Source of the DNA: the human T2T-CHM13v2.0 reference genome, Homo sapiens
NCBI RefSeq assembly: GCF_009914755.1
Contig: NC_060931.1
DNA length: 64,000 nucleotides
Strand: one strand, 5' to 3'
Positions 43,214 through 59,400 of the stretch are shown piece by piece. Made by a program: the position numbers and the translations under genes. The notes beneath the pieces are model-generated. The model did no database searches. It saw only the letters and a list, made by a program, of their open reading frames with translations, and was not told the origin of the DNA. Numbering within the stretch: position 1 is the first letter of the stretch; every line of letters begins with the position of its first letter.

Positions 43214-45029
43214 GAGTCTAACCTTGGAAGCTGCTATTTTTCCATCATTTACTTCTATTTAAATTTCTCTTAAAAGAAATGGAAAATGGGCTTGTTTCTT
43301 TTTTGAACCTGATTACCTTCCTGTTTCTTTTCCCTTACCCTCAGGGTTCTGTGGTTAATGGTCTTTTAAAAGTAGGTCTCCTTGTGTCTCCCTCACTCTC
43401 TCATTCCAGAGTGTTTCCTTTTGTCACTGTGTTCAGGATACTTGCTGTGGGAAAGTCTTGAGGTGAGAGATTGTGCTGTGGTGTTCTCAGTATTTCAGTA
43501 ATTCCATAACTTGGTGTGAGATTCATCACAGGCAAACCCATGCTCTAACACAAAGTGAGAGTCCACTGTAAAAATAAATCATATTCCTTTTCATGGGTTC
43601 ATAGTTATTCACTAACAGGAGGCTTTTGCATAAGGCTCTCTGCTATAAATTCCTCCTGGGATAATGAGAGGCTCCCCTATGTGAATCCCAGGATCACTTT
43701 CTTCTACCAGGTTTACCCCCTGCTACATCCCATCGACAGGTGCTGTGGTTCATATGTCTCTGCTAAAGTGACAGTGCAATTTTTTTGTTGCTGTTATAAG
43801 ACAGACTTATCATTTTTAAAAGATGCATCTTGCATGCATGTTTGAGGGGTTGTTTAAGCTTCATAGAATTGTGGTAACCCCAGATCAGGGCGGAATACAC
43901 GTAGACATTTGAGGTTCTCCAGACCAGTAGAATCAGAGTAATGGATGAAGAGTTCTGTCAAGGCTTTGTAATTTCTAGCTGTCAAAGAGTACCCTGGGGC
44001 TGCATGAGCTGAGACTGCGAGTGGTGTTTGATTGTGCCTTAAGCAAAGTGAATGTTTGAGCTAGAGGGAACCCCAGGGAGCATCTAGTCTGGCTTTCTTC
44101 TTGTGAAGTTAGGAACCTGAGGTCCAGAGATGTTAAAGAACTTCCCTAACATTAGTGTCAGAGGTGGAAGTAGATTCCAGGTCTCCCTGGGTCTCACTTC
44201 CTGAGTGTGTTTGTGTTTTTGTTTTCCAGCTTTCATTATGAAATAGCATTCTACTGAATGTGTATTACAATTTCTCATTGCCCTGCTAAAGAACAGTTTA
44301 CTGACAATTAGACTATTTTAAAAAGCAGAGAAGTAGGGAGGATCTGATCTCTGTATTTGGTAAAATATCTACACAAAACCACCAATAACACTTCGTATAA
44401 AATGGTTTAGCACTGAAATAATGTGTAGATTCCATGTATGATACTTTCATCTCTCAAATGCTTCCAACAAAAGGGAAAGGTACATTCAAAAACTATTTAA
44501 TGGATTATTCAGATGCTCAAAAAGGAATACACTGTGAAGTTCAGTGAGGAAAAAAATGCTGCTAGACCAGAAGCAATTAAAAGTGATGAAATTTAGAATA
44601 AAATAATTATATTTTCCAAAATCAAGCAAGAGAATAGAGCATTTCTAAAGTGGTTATATTACTTCTAAGGAAAAGTTAGCCAATGGAAAAGACTATTTGA
44701 TTCAGGAAACTTTGAAGAAAATGGACTGTCTCCCAACGAATGAAATAATATAAAGAATTTGCCATTGGAGGCAATTGGGGAATGGTGATATTTTAAACAC
44801 ACTCTGCTAAAAACTAATCCTACAGACACATTGACCTTAAAGGGAATGTTTACATACGGACTTAGCTGTATCAAGGCTTTGTAATGAGGCAAAAAAAAAA
44901 GCCGTCTCTTTAAGTCCTTCCTCTTCTCTGGCCTGACTGGGACCCCAAAACCAAACAGGTCCACACTTTTTTGTTCCAGAGGGAGGAAGTAAATCATTTC
45001 AGAAATAAAATACTATGGTGATAACACCT

Positions 45030-45270
45030 TACGTTTTATGCTATATTTTATTATTTACAAAGCATTTTAATATATTATCTCATTTGATAGTTAGAATAAC
45101 TGCATTATAATAATGCTTTTTTCCTAATATTGTTATCCCATTTACAGATGAAGAAACTGGGAAATTGAGGCTCAGAGAGATAGTGTGGTTTGCCCAGAGA
45201 TCTCATCCCTCCAGGCTGTAGCAGAGCCAAAACTCAAACCCAGGTCTTTCAACTCTAAGCCATTCTCAGT
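45030..45270 (-). mobile_element. MIR
   Basis: cccatttacagatgaagaaactg...gaggctcagaga...aaactcaaacccaggtct. Confidence 0.8.
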
Positions 45271-46554
45271 GATGCCTCCTCCTCTCTTTAAGAGAGCTTC
45301 CCTGCCCACAGACCTAGACCTACGAAGGAGAATTGTCAGGCTCTTCCCAACTCTGTCTTGTGGCATCTTGGAAAAGACCTCTGTCTTCTTGTACATACCA
45401 GATCCACCCTCCACTTGCTAGGTATGGGCATATTCTTCCGCCCTTTAAACCTATGCCTCCAATAAATCATCAGCTCCAAAATCTCCTCTGCAGATGTTTA
45501 GTCTCAGATGTGTAGTCCTTAACACATACTATCGGAACTGCCCACTTTCCTCATTTGCAGATGTGAGGATGTTTGAACCCTTAGCCTTTATTGACATTCT
45601 TGGCTTTTCCTGAGTCTTTTAGAAGGTGATAGAAAAGCTGTGGATGCAGCAGAAATTGTTGTCGGGGTGGGATATTCCATGCAGGAAGACTGCGGGGGGG
45701 CTCTTTGTGCCATGATGTTGCCCTGCACAGACCACACCTGCAGTGAGGGGAGGCCTGTGAAGTGCTGAGATACCTTCCTTACTCTTCTAGAAGAGTCATG
45801 TCTGCTCCATCCAGCCTACAGACTTGCTACGTAAATTAAATGAGATAAACTATTTTTACATTCCCTTCAATATTTGTTATTTATACTCTACCTATTTTTA
45901 AGCAGATTTGAGCTAGCTGACATAATTGATATAAAAGTACTTTTAAACTGTTAGGGGCATGTAACTGCAAAATAATTTTTTTTTTTTTTTTTTTTTTTTA
46001 CCATTTATATACCATGTGCTCTGCCTGCTATCTCCTTTCCCACTTACTCTTTACACTTTACCTCAGGAATTTTAAATTATTTTTATGATTGATAGCAACT
46101 ATAATGATTATGGGTTAGGTCTAGGTGTATGGGCTGTAACTATGTGATGGTTATTAAAATGGACTTTAAAAATTATTACGTAAATATCTGCTTTTTATCT
46201 CAGATTTTATTGCTAAAAGCCTTGTGGGTCTGCTTGACACAAGCCTTAGGGTATTTAGAGCTCTCCCCACCCACCATCAGCTATCACCTTTGTGAACTTT
46301 GCTGTCCCTCCTCCCACAAATAAATGCTGCTTTAATCACATAGTGAAAAAGCCAGTTAATTACTAAATTTATGAACTATGTGAACATTATAAAGCTAAGG
46401 AAGTAAAATATGTAAACATGACAGGAAGGGCAGACTGCACTTTCTGGTTGAGCCAGCCATACTGGGAGGTCACTGGTGGTTGCTGGAGAGCAGATGCTAA
46501 AGTTGAGAGTCGGTGTTTGCATCAGCAGTAACTGCTTTACATCTGCTTATGAGC

Positions 46555-46830
46555 TTGGATTCCTGTTGAGTGCTTACTAGGTGCCAGGCAGTATTGTGGG
46601 TGCTAAAGATGCAGTTTGAACAAAGCGGATGAATCCTTTTTCTTGCAGAGCTCACATGCTAGAGAGGGGACTAATAATAGACAAATTACAACTTACCATG
46701 CCTGTGAGCACAGGGACAGCGGCAAGAAACAATTCAGGGGGGCAGGTCCTTGGAAAGCCAAGGTGAAGAGTCAGGATTTTACTTGAAGTGTGAGTGGAAT
46801 CATCGGAGGGTTTTGAAGAGAGGAAGAAAT
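46555..46830 (-). mobile_element. L2 fragments
   Basis: gttgagtgcttactaggtgccaggcagtattgt...ggagggttttgaag. Confidence 0.6.
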
Positions 46831-48513
46831 CAATGCTTTATGTTTTCAGAAAGACCTACAGGCTACAAAAAGTCACGGACTCATTTCAGAGCTGGAAAGA
46901 GGTTTCATCTGAAGTGTGAAATCCTCTTGATTGGTCATTTCTGCCTGCAGCCCTGGGTCAAGAAGGGTCTATAAAAGCGAGTACTAACTCACAGGGAAAT
47001 TATTCTCCTACCAGTTAGCAGTGATGCCAGAGACACAAAGGATATTTTTCCTCATAGGTCCATAGCTGACCAGGGATTTGTTATAAAATAAATCGTAGAT
47101 ATGGCCAACGATATGAAATAAAAATAAAAAAGAAACAACCAAAAACCTTGATAATCACTTAAAAATGTAAAATTAGCAATTCATTTCCCCTACAATAGGT
47201 AGGTTAAGAAGGGAAATCCCTGTAGGAATGTTGTAAACCCATTTCAGTACAAAGGAGGGACAATCTGTACTTTGTCTGGATGTACTTGAAGAATTTCACA
47301 TTTATTTTCACTAGAGGGCATCAGTAATGATGGAGACTAGCAGAATGTCTAGAAAATGCCAGAAAAAAAAGTAGTAAGATTAAATTTTCAAGGGAAAATG
47401 AAGTTCTACTGATAGCAGACTTATTTTTAAAAATCCCAAATAAACTGGTTTTATTAGTTCTACTCGCTGGAATTTTGTAAAATTTATTTTGGGAGTTATT
47501 CACACCTCATATCGCTAAAGTTGATATAGAGGGCCAATCACCATATAAAGACTTCTTTACCTCTTCAGTAATTCCAACCCACCTAAGAGTATTAAAAGTC
47601 TTGTATACTGTCCAATTTGTATAATTTGGTTAAAGTCATATTGAAGAAAAGAATTTAACTTTTAGCCTAAGAATTTATAGCAGAATTAAATGAAGACAGG
47701 GACGATTTACTTGATACTGAAAGAACTGTCATCTCTTTTAAAATAAAACATTTGGTTGAGTTGTTATATACCAGTGGCATTTCCATAAACTGGCCGTACA
47801 CTTTTAATTGCCTTCCTAAGTTTGTAACCTAATGTTTTATGTTTATCCTTCCCACAAATTAATGCCGGCAAGTATATAACTAGGAATCTATGCATTGTAT
47901 AAAGTCCTCCATAACTCCTCACCCTGAACTTTTAGGTCCCTTTCCAAAAACTTTTAAAAATCAAGATCTTAGGAAGGGAGATGAGGGGATTGGAAGTTTG
48001 GATGTAAAACAAGAAAACGTTGTCCCTCGTCTTCAAGGTGGGTGTTGACCACAGTACCTTGAGTAGGACACTGTATCTTTAGGGAAGAAGTGGGACTTCA
48101 CTAAGCCAAAAGCTTGCACAGCTGTCCAGTTTGACCGGGGATTCCACACCACTATGAGAGATTCGTGACTAAGTGGTTGACCCAAGGGTAGGATGAAGAT
48201 TTTCTCTCTTAGGTGCCTGGAAATATTGGAAGCACAGAGAACAGCATGGTGTTCGGTAATCTGAATATTCATATAAATTTTTCAGCATGTGAAAATTCTT
48301 TTTTTTTAATTATACTTTAACTTTTAGGGTACATGTGCACAATGTGCAGGTTGGTTACATATGTATACATGTGCCATGTTGGTGTGCTGCACCCATTAAC
48401 TCATCATTTAACATTAGGAATATCTCCTAATGCTATCCCTCCCGCCTCCCCCCACCCCACAACAGGCCCCGGCGTGTGATGTTCCCCTTCCTGTGTCCAT
48501 GTGTTCTCATTGT

Positions 48514-52329
<3,816 letters not shown>

Positions 52330-52376
52330 TATGATGTTAGCTGGTGATTTTGCGCGTTAGTTGATGCAGTTTCTTC

Positions 52377-53408
52377 CTAGCCTCGATGGTCTTTACAATT
52401 TGGCATGTTTTTGCAGTGGCTGGTACCGATTGTTCCTTTCCATGTTTCTGCTTCCTTCAGGAGCTCTTTTAGGGCAGGCCTGGTGGTGACAAAATCTCTC
52501 AGCATTTGCCTTTCTGTAAAGTATTTTATTTCTCCTTCACTTATGAAACTTAGTTTGGCTGGATATGAAATTCTGGTTTGAAAATTCTTTTCTTTAAGAA
52601 TGTTGAACATTGGCCCCCACTGTCTTCTGGCTTGTAGAGTTTCTGCCGAGAGATCAGCTGTTAGTATGATGGGCTTCCCTTTGTGGGTAACCCGACCTTT
52701 CTTTCTGGCTGCCCTTAACATTTTTTCCTTCATTTTAACTTTTGTGAATCTGACAATTATGTGTCTTGGAGTTGCTCTTCTCAAGAAGTATCTTTGTGGC
52801 ATTCTCTGTATTTCCTGAGTCTGAATTTTGGCCTGCCTTGCTAGATTGGGGAAGTTCTCCTGGATAATATCCTGAGGAGTGTTTTCCAACTTGGTTCCAT
52901 TCTCCCCATCACTTTCAGGTACACCAGTCAGATGTACATTTGATCTTTTCACATAGTCACATATTTCTTGGAGGCTTTGTTCATTTCTTTGTATTCTTTT
53001 TTCTCTAAACTTCTCTTCTTGCCTCATTTCATTCATTTGATCTTCAGTCACTGATACCCTTTCTTCCAGTTGATCGAATCGGCTACTGAGGCTTGTGCAT
53101 TCGTCATGTAGTTCTTGTGCCATGGTTTTCAGCTCCATCAGGTCCTTTAAGGACTTCTCTGCATTGGTTATTCTAGTTAGCCATTCATCTAATCTTTTTT
53201 CAAGGCTTTTAACTTGTTTGCCGTGGGTTCGAACTACCTCTTTGAGCTCAGAGTAGTTTGATCGTCTGAAGCCTTCTTCTCTCAATTCGTCAAAGTCATT
53301 CTCCATCCAGCTTTGTTCCGTTGCTGGTGAGGAACTGCGTTCCTTTGGAGGAGGAGAGGCACTCTGATTTTTAAAATTTTCAGTTTTTCTGCTCTGTTTT
53401 TTCCCCAT
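52377..53408 (-). CDS. L1 ORF1p-like RNA-binding protein, open for 343 codons with a frameshifted C-terminus
   Basis: MGKKQSRK start; ARR and YPAKLS motifs present; departs from the canonical sequence after KELLKEA. Confidence 0.75.
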   Translation of the reverse strand: MGKKQSRKTENFKNQSASPPPKERSSSPATEQSWMENDFDELREEGFRRSNYSELKEVVRTHGKQVKSLEKRLDEWLTRITNAEKSLKDLMELKTMAQELHDECTSLSSRFDQLEERVSVTEDQMNEMRQEEKFREKRIQRNEQSLQEICDYVKRSNVHLTGVPESDGENGTKLENTPQDIIQENFPNLARQAKIQTQEIQRMPQRYFLRRATPRHIIVRFTKVKMKEKMLRAARKKGRVTHKGKPIILTADLSAETLQARRQWGPMFNILKEKNFQTRISYPAKLSFISEGEIKYFTERQMLRDFVTTRPALKELLKEAETWKGTIGTSHCKNMPNCKDHRG

Positions 53409-54437
53409 CTTTGTGGTTTTATCTACCTTTGGTCTTTGATGACGATGACGTACAGATGGAGTTTTGGTGTGGGTGTCCTTTCTGTTCATTAGTTTTCCTT
53501 CTAACAGTCAGGACCCTCAGCTGCAGGTCTGTTGAGGTTTGCTGGAGGTCCACTCCAGACCCTGTTTGCCTGGGTATCAGCAGCAGAGGCTGCAGAACAG
53601 CGGATATTGGTGAATAGCAAATGTTGCTGCCTGATCGTTCCTCTGGAAGTTTTGTCTCAGAGGAGTACCCGGCCTTGTGAGGTGTCAGTCTGCCCCTACT
53701 CGGGGGTGCCTCCCAGTTAGGCTACTTGGGGGTCAGGGACCCACTTGAGGAGGCAGTCTGTCCATTCTCAGATCTCAAGCTGCAGGCTGAGAGAACCACT
53801 ACTCTCTTCAAAGCTGTCAGACAAGGACATTTAAGTCTGTAGAGGTTTCTGCTGCCTTTTGTTTGGCTATGCCATGCCCCCAGAGGTGGAGACTACAGAG
53901 GCAGGCAGGCCTCCTTGAGCTGCGATGGGCTCCACCCAGTTCGAGCTTCCTGGCTGCTTTGTTTACCTACTCAAGCCTCGGCAATGGTGGGCACCCCTCC
54001 CCCAGCCTCGCTGCCACCTTGCTGTTTGATTTCAGACTGCTGTGCTAGCAATGACCGAGGCTCCATGGGCTTAGGACCCTCCGAGCCAGGTGTGGGATAC
54101 AATGTCCTGGTGTGACGTTTGCTAAGACCATTGGAAAAGCGCAGTATTAGGGTGGGAATGACCTGATTTTCCAGGTGCTGTCTGTCACCCCTTTCCTTGG
54201 CTGGGAAAGGGAATTCCCTGACCCCTTGCACTTCCCGGGTGAGGTGATGCCTCTACCTGCTTCGGCTCACACTCAGTGCACTGCACCCACTGTCCTGCAC
54301 CCACTCTCCGACATTCACCAGTGAGATGAACCTGGTACCTCAGTTGGAAATGCAGAAATCATTTGTCTTCTTCGTCGCTCACGGTGGGAGCTGTAGACTG
54401 GAGCTGTTCCTATTCGGCCATCTTGGCTCCACTCCCC
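53409..54437 (-). promoter_or_regulatory. L1 5' UTR internal sense promoter and antisense promoter region
   Basis: YY1 site CAAGATGGCCG intact (reverse complement at ~54415-54425). Many CpGs have decayed. Confidence 0.8.
53984..54115 (+). pseudogene. L1 ORF0 (antisense ORF), truncated at 43 codons
   Basis: MVGTPPPASLPPCCLISDCCASNDRGSMGLGPSEPGVGYNVLV* aligns with the remembered primate ORF0 N-terminus. Confidence 0.85.
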
Positions 54438-54634
54438 CAGCATTTGAAAATTCTTAGAAACACAGAATAATGGCAAAAATTTTAAGTGTCACATAGCTGA
54501 TGATGCTAGTTTGCATTGCATAGCTCTTTCCTGTGTATCAAATGCTTTCATGGATGCTATCTCAGGAGGTCCTCTCACTAGGGAAGGTAGACAGGGCAGA
54601 TGGACAAAGCCGAAGCTCAGTGAGGAAAATACTG

Positions 54635-55022
54635 TTTCATGACACAAAAACAAACCACCCCAAAGGTGTACTATACCCCACTAAGTATCTGGCAATTACT
54701 ACACCTGTGTGGTGAGCTGGGTTTCAGCTGGTGTTGGCTGGGCCCTGCATTTCTGGGCTTCTAGCTGCAGGTTGGGTTCAGGTATGTTCCACACCCCTCT
54801 AATCCTCTTTGGAGTGGCAACTATGGAAGAATGTCCTTCTTACAGTGAAAGGCAGGGCACAAAAGAGCAGACGTAATGCCACAGTCACATTTCAAATCTG
54901 TGTTTGTGTCATTACCACTGTTTATGCAAACTGTCAGTGGGGCAGAGAAGTATCATCCACTCATGAAAGTTGGAAGAGAGGAGGGAGTGATTATTTGCTG
55001 AATAATCATCTCATCTCCCATA
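54635..55022 (-). mobile_element. Old MLT1 (J/K/L-like) LTR
   Basis: aacaaaccaccccaaa...gctgcaggttgggttcaggtatgttccaca...tatttgctgaataat. Confidence 0.65.
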
Positions 55023-55769
55023 GTAGGTTCTGACTCCTAGGCTTGTCAGCTACTCCTAGCTAAAACAAGTGAGTTCATTTTTTGCTGTTTAAAAAATCCT
55101 TTTAGGCCATTATCACATAGCTCCTTCAAGACAAATGCATGACTATGGAATAATAACTCTTATTCTAATATATAGGAGAAAGAAAAAAAACTTCGTTTCC
55201 AATACTTAAGATGGAAGCACTGTTTTGCCCCCAAAATGTTAAAGTCAGACCAACAGGATGATAAACTGACTACTAATTATTCGCTCCGGCGTAAGATCTG
55301 ATAAGATTTCCTTCACGTACACTGTCCTTCATGCAGCACTGGCAGAGAGCACCTTTGTAGCTAACAAACAATAATACTCCCAATGGAGATTGTTTAAAAA
55401 GGACATAAGTATGTATGTAAACAGATGCTCATGCCTTTAGAGCCAGCTTTGTAAATCCAATTAATAATCTCTCAACTGTAAAAAAGGAGGACAATTGACA
55501 TCCTCTCAGAATGCCAATCCTCACTCTCCACTAGTGTATTAGAATCACAGGATTATATATCGGGAGTTAGAGGAGCATCAACGTATTTGTGGATTTTATT
55601 CATTTGACTGTTGCCTCAAAAGGAGTAATGTAGGATAGATGAAGCATTTGCCCTCCCTGGAGTAATACTGCTTTCTATATACCATATGTCTCCTTCTGAA
55701 GTATATAACTGTAAAAGATGGTCAGTTTTTCAAGTATATTATTATTAATAGTTTCAGTGGCAATATTAA

Positions 55770-55940
55770 TAGCTAACAGATACTGAGTGTTTTTTTTATG
55801 TGTCAGGGACTTATCAGCTCTTGAGATGCATTTTCTTATTGAACATTCCTAGTAACTATGAAGTGGGTACTGCTGTTATCCCAATTTGAGATATGGGGAA
55901 ACTGAGGCATGGAATGATTAAGTAATCTGTTCAAGGTTTC
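55770..55940 (-). mobile_element. MIR
   Basis: ggggaaactgaggcatggaatgattaagtaa. Confidence 0.75.
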
Positions 55941-56199
55941 TAGAATTTGAAAGACATATGTTTATCATTCCCTGTAAACAAAAGACAGATTTATTCTCCT
56001 AGACTTAAAAAGGTAAGGCACTCTGACGCAGGTGGAAAGAGAGTTGGGAGAGAGGAATGTTGAGAATCTTGTTTGTATGCATGTTCTTATGCATGTTTTT
56101 CGTTGCTGGTCAAGGAGTTTTGATCTGTTTGTTCTGCTACTAGCTTTGTGCATTATCAGGGTAGCACTTCAAGTCTCTACCATTTAAGACCCAGAGGGG

Positions 56200-56430
56200 T
56201 GTCATGGTATAGTGACTAGGAGCACAGACTCCAGATCTACACTGTCTAAGTTCACATCTCTGCTCTGTCACTTATGAGCTGTGTAATGTGGACAAATTGG
56301 TCAATGTCTCTGTACCATTTCACCATGTAAAAAATGGAGATAATCATACCCCTACCCATAGCATTATTACATGGATTACAGTGAGTTCATATTTGCAAAC
56401 CACAGAGGATACAAGAAACATCTGTTAAAC
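56200..56430 (+). mobile_element. MIR
   Basis: gtatagtgactaggagcacagactccaga...ctctgtcacttatgagctgtgt...gtaaaaaatggagataat. Confidence 0.75.
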
Positions 56431-59400
56431 ATCAAATAGGAGTCGTGGGTATCCTAGCTCTTTGGTAAGAGTAGACTGGAGTAGAGTCCTGGTTCAGTCT
56501 CTGTCACTATAGCCCGCATCACAGCCTCAGGCAACTCAACCTTTCTAGCCTCGGTTTACCCATTTGTAAATTAAGTGGTTAGGCCACTTGGTTGCTTGGG
56601 TCCCATCTAGCACTCAGATCCTCTGGAGCTGCTCTATCTTCCCCTTTAGAGAGTTTGGATGGGGGATTTGGAAGGGGAAGGGGATGCACAGAGAGTGAGA
56701 CACAACATTTTTCTCCTGCTTTCTTTTCTGGGAGCTGTAAATTTGTTCTTGTTTATGAATAGTATGCTTTAGACTTTAATAAATGCCTAACTTAGTTCTC
56801 TAGAGAAAAATGTCTTGTGGAAAGAGAAGTAGTCTATGACTTTTAGGTAGAGAAAGGTGTAGATGGTTTGGCGACCTCATCTGGGAACATGCATTGACTA
56901 ACCCCACAATGTTATTTCTATGTTAGAAACACAAATGTCATCACAAGCAATAATGTTTAATGAATACAGTAGAACATTTGTTTCCAGAAGTTGCTCAAAG
57001 ATTACTCATTTAGAAAAGCATGCTGTTAGTAATTGAAGGATGATTTCCTATAGCCAGGGCAAGTTCAGATGCTTTAGCCTCACGGGTAAAGGACTGAAGA
57101 GGCTGCTCAGCATTTTAAGGTAGCTCTACTGGGTGGCAGTGACAGGGCAGTGCAATTCTGTTCAGCATTGATGTGTTACATCAAAACCTCTCACTGATAA
57201 TGCTGGGGCTGTGTCAAATCTGAGCCATTAAATATCTTAGGAATATCAAGTGTTTTAAAGGTGTGGATTGCAGTTTAGAGTAACATACATATTATTCTAA
57301 AATGCCTGTTGGAATCACCATGCCCTTTGGGAGTTAAGATATATAAAATCCTAAAATTTTGGGAAAAGTCTGGCCCTCTTTATTTGAGGTCAACTCTTTT
57401 CTGCTGTACACAAATACTGCTTTACTTCTGTTCCAAGGACTATAGATTCAGCTTTTAAAATATCTTGATCAGAGTGTTGACTGAAGTGTTCACTGATGGC
57501 TTGGTTTTCCTAACAGATATAAGAAAGTAAAGTGTGCATAAAAATTCTTGTGAATACTTGTGAGTGTAGCTTTCTTCTATTGAAGGCCTCTCAGTATTGG
57601 TTCGCATGATTTGTTGGAGGCTACTTGTGACCTTGTATGTTTGCTGCCCCACTGTATTCACAGTCCCTAGCAAGTTGCAGACACACAATAAGTACTTGTA
57701 GAATGAATGAATAAAATACTGTGCCTTCTAGCCAAAAGGATTTGAGTGTGTTATTTGTAACATAAACAAATAATTAGGGTAACTGTTTGAAATGTAACCA
57801 GAGTGATTTATGACAGTGTTAATTGTTCATCCTTGTAAGGGACTGGAGCCTTTTGCCTTCATGGAAGCAACCCCCAGAAAGGTACTGGGCTCAGCATCTC
57901 TACCAGATGATGAAGCGCCCTTCAGTGTGGCCACGGCTTTTTGCTTAAATCATTGCTACTTTTTTTTTACCAGCTCAGTAGGAGTGAATGCATGTGTTAC
58001 AACGAAAAATAATCCTAAATTGAAATTGTGAGTAACTGAATATATGATTTAGAAGAGTTAATTATGAAGAACAGCTAGAATTTCATGTGGCATTTAGATG
58101 TACTCATTTTTATATTGATTTATAAACTAATGCTTGTTCCATGGTATTGTTTATACTATATGATGTCAAAGCCATTTGCAAAAGATCTACTGAAGTTTGA
58201 GCCTTTTTATGATCCTTCTATGGACCCCCCTCTTTGTCTGCTCACTCCCACTCCTCCCAAAAAAAGAAAGAAAAGTGTTAGCTACAAATCTAGTTTCAGC
58301 CTTTCAAGTCCTTTGAACATATGTGAAGTTTTTTATTGGTTGTTTGAACTTTTTATTCATGTCTTTCTGTCATTGAAGTTAAAAACACAGCAGTATAAGA
58401 TACAAAAACATTGGTGAGAAGAGAATAAGGAAAATTAAAATTAATCTCCTGAAGTGTACACTGATGCTTATATGCAAATGAGTAAAATCCAATTTGGGTT
58501 TTATCTTCCTGTGGGTTAAAGTTTGCTTTGTAGTGCCTCAAGACATTTCAGGTGTAGCTTTTTTAAGCCAAGGGACTTTACAATATGCAGCATTGTTCTC
58601 CAGTTGTTTTCCTGTGGAATGTCAACGAATTGCAGTGCTTACGTGCATGGCGGTTTGAGAGAAAACCTTTCCAATCTTCTGTTCCCTGCCCTGTCACTTA
58701 GCAAGTGATTTCTTCTCGGCAAGCTCTCCTACCTGATCTCCTGCTGTGTTGGGATCATCCTCTGCAATGTCCCTGCACTAAGAGGAGAAGGTGAAAATCA
58801 GCCTGCAGGTTCAAATTAATTGCACTTCTCAGTTATGCTGTGAGTTAGCCAGTGCTTTAAATAATGACATTCTAAACTTCTAGTTTAAACATAATTGGAA
58901 AGAGAAAGTTGACATTAAAGTAATAAGTGAGAGTAAACTTAAGTGAAGGAGAACAGTGTAAAACATTCATATGCAAATACTCAAATACTCTTGATAAAAT
59001 TATTCATAGGCAGTTGACTATTTTATTAAATATGCTTGTTGTCAACTTGGGGCACCAATTTTAACACCTTTTTGTTTTCAAAACTTAACGTGGCTAATTA
59101 TGTTTTTTCATCTAATGGAACATTACTTTTATTTATGATGGAAGTAGTTTGTAAAATAAAAATTTTATTCTAATTATAAATGTCATGTTCGTGGCAGAAA
59201 ACATTAGAAATGCCTCCATTTGAAATCATGTACTTTGGCAGTTATGATCTGAAAGCTGTTGGATATAAATGATGAGGCTCTGTGTGTTCCTGGAGCTAGC
59301 TTCCGGTGTTTGAGTTTGTCCTGTCTTCATTTGGAAAAGAAACAGATGCAGTTAGTGTCTCTAGCTGTAGTCTCTAGTGGGGACTCTGTCTGTATCCATA

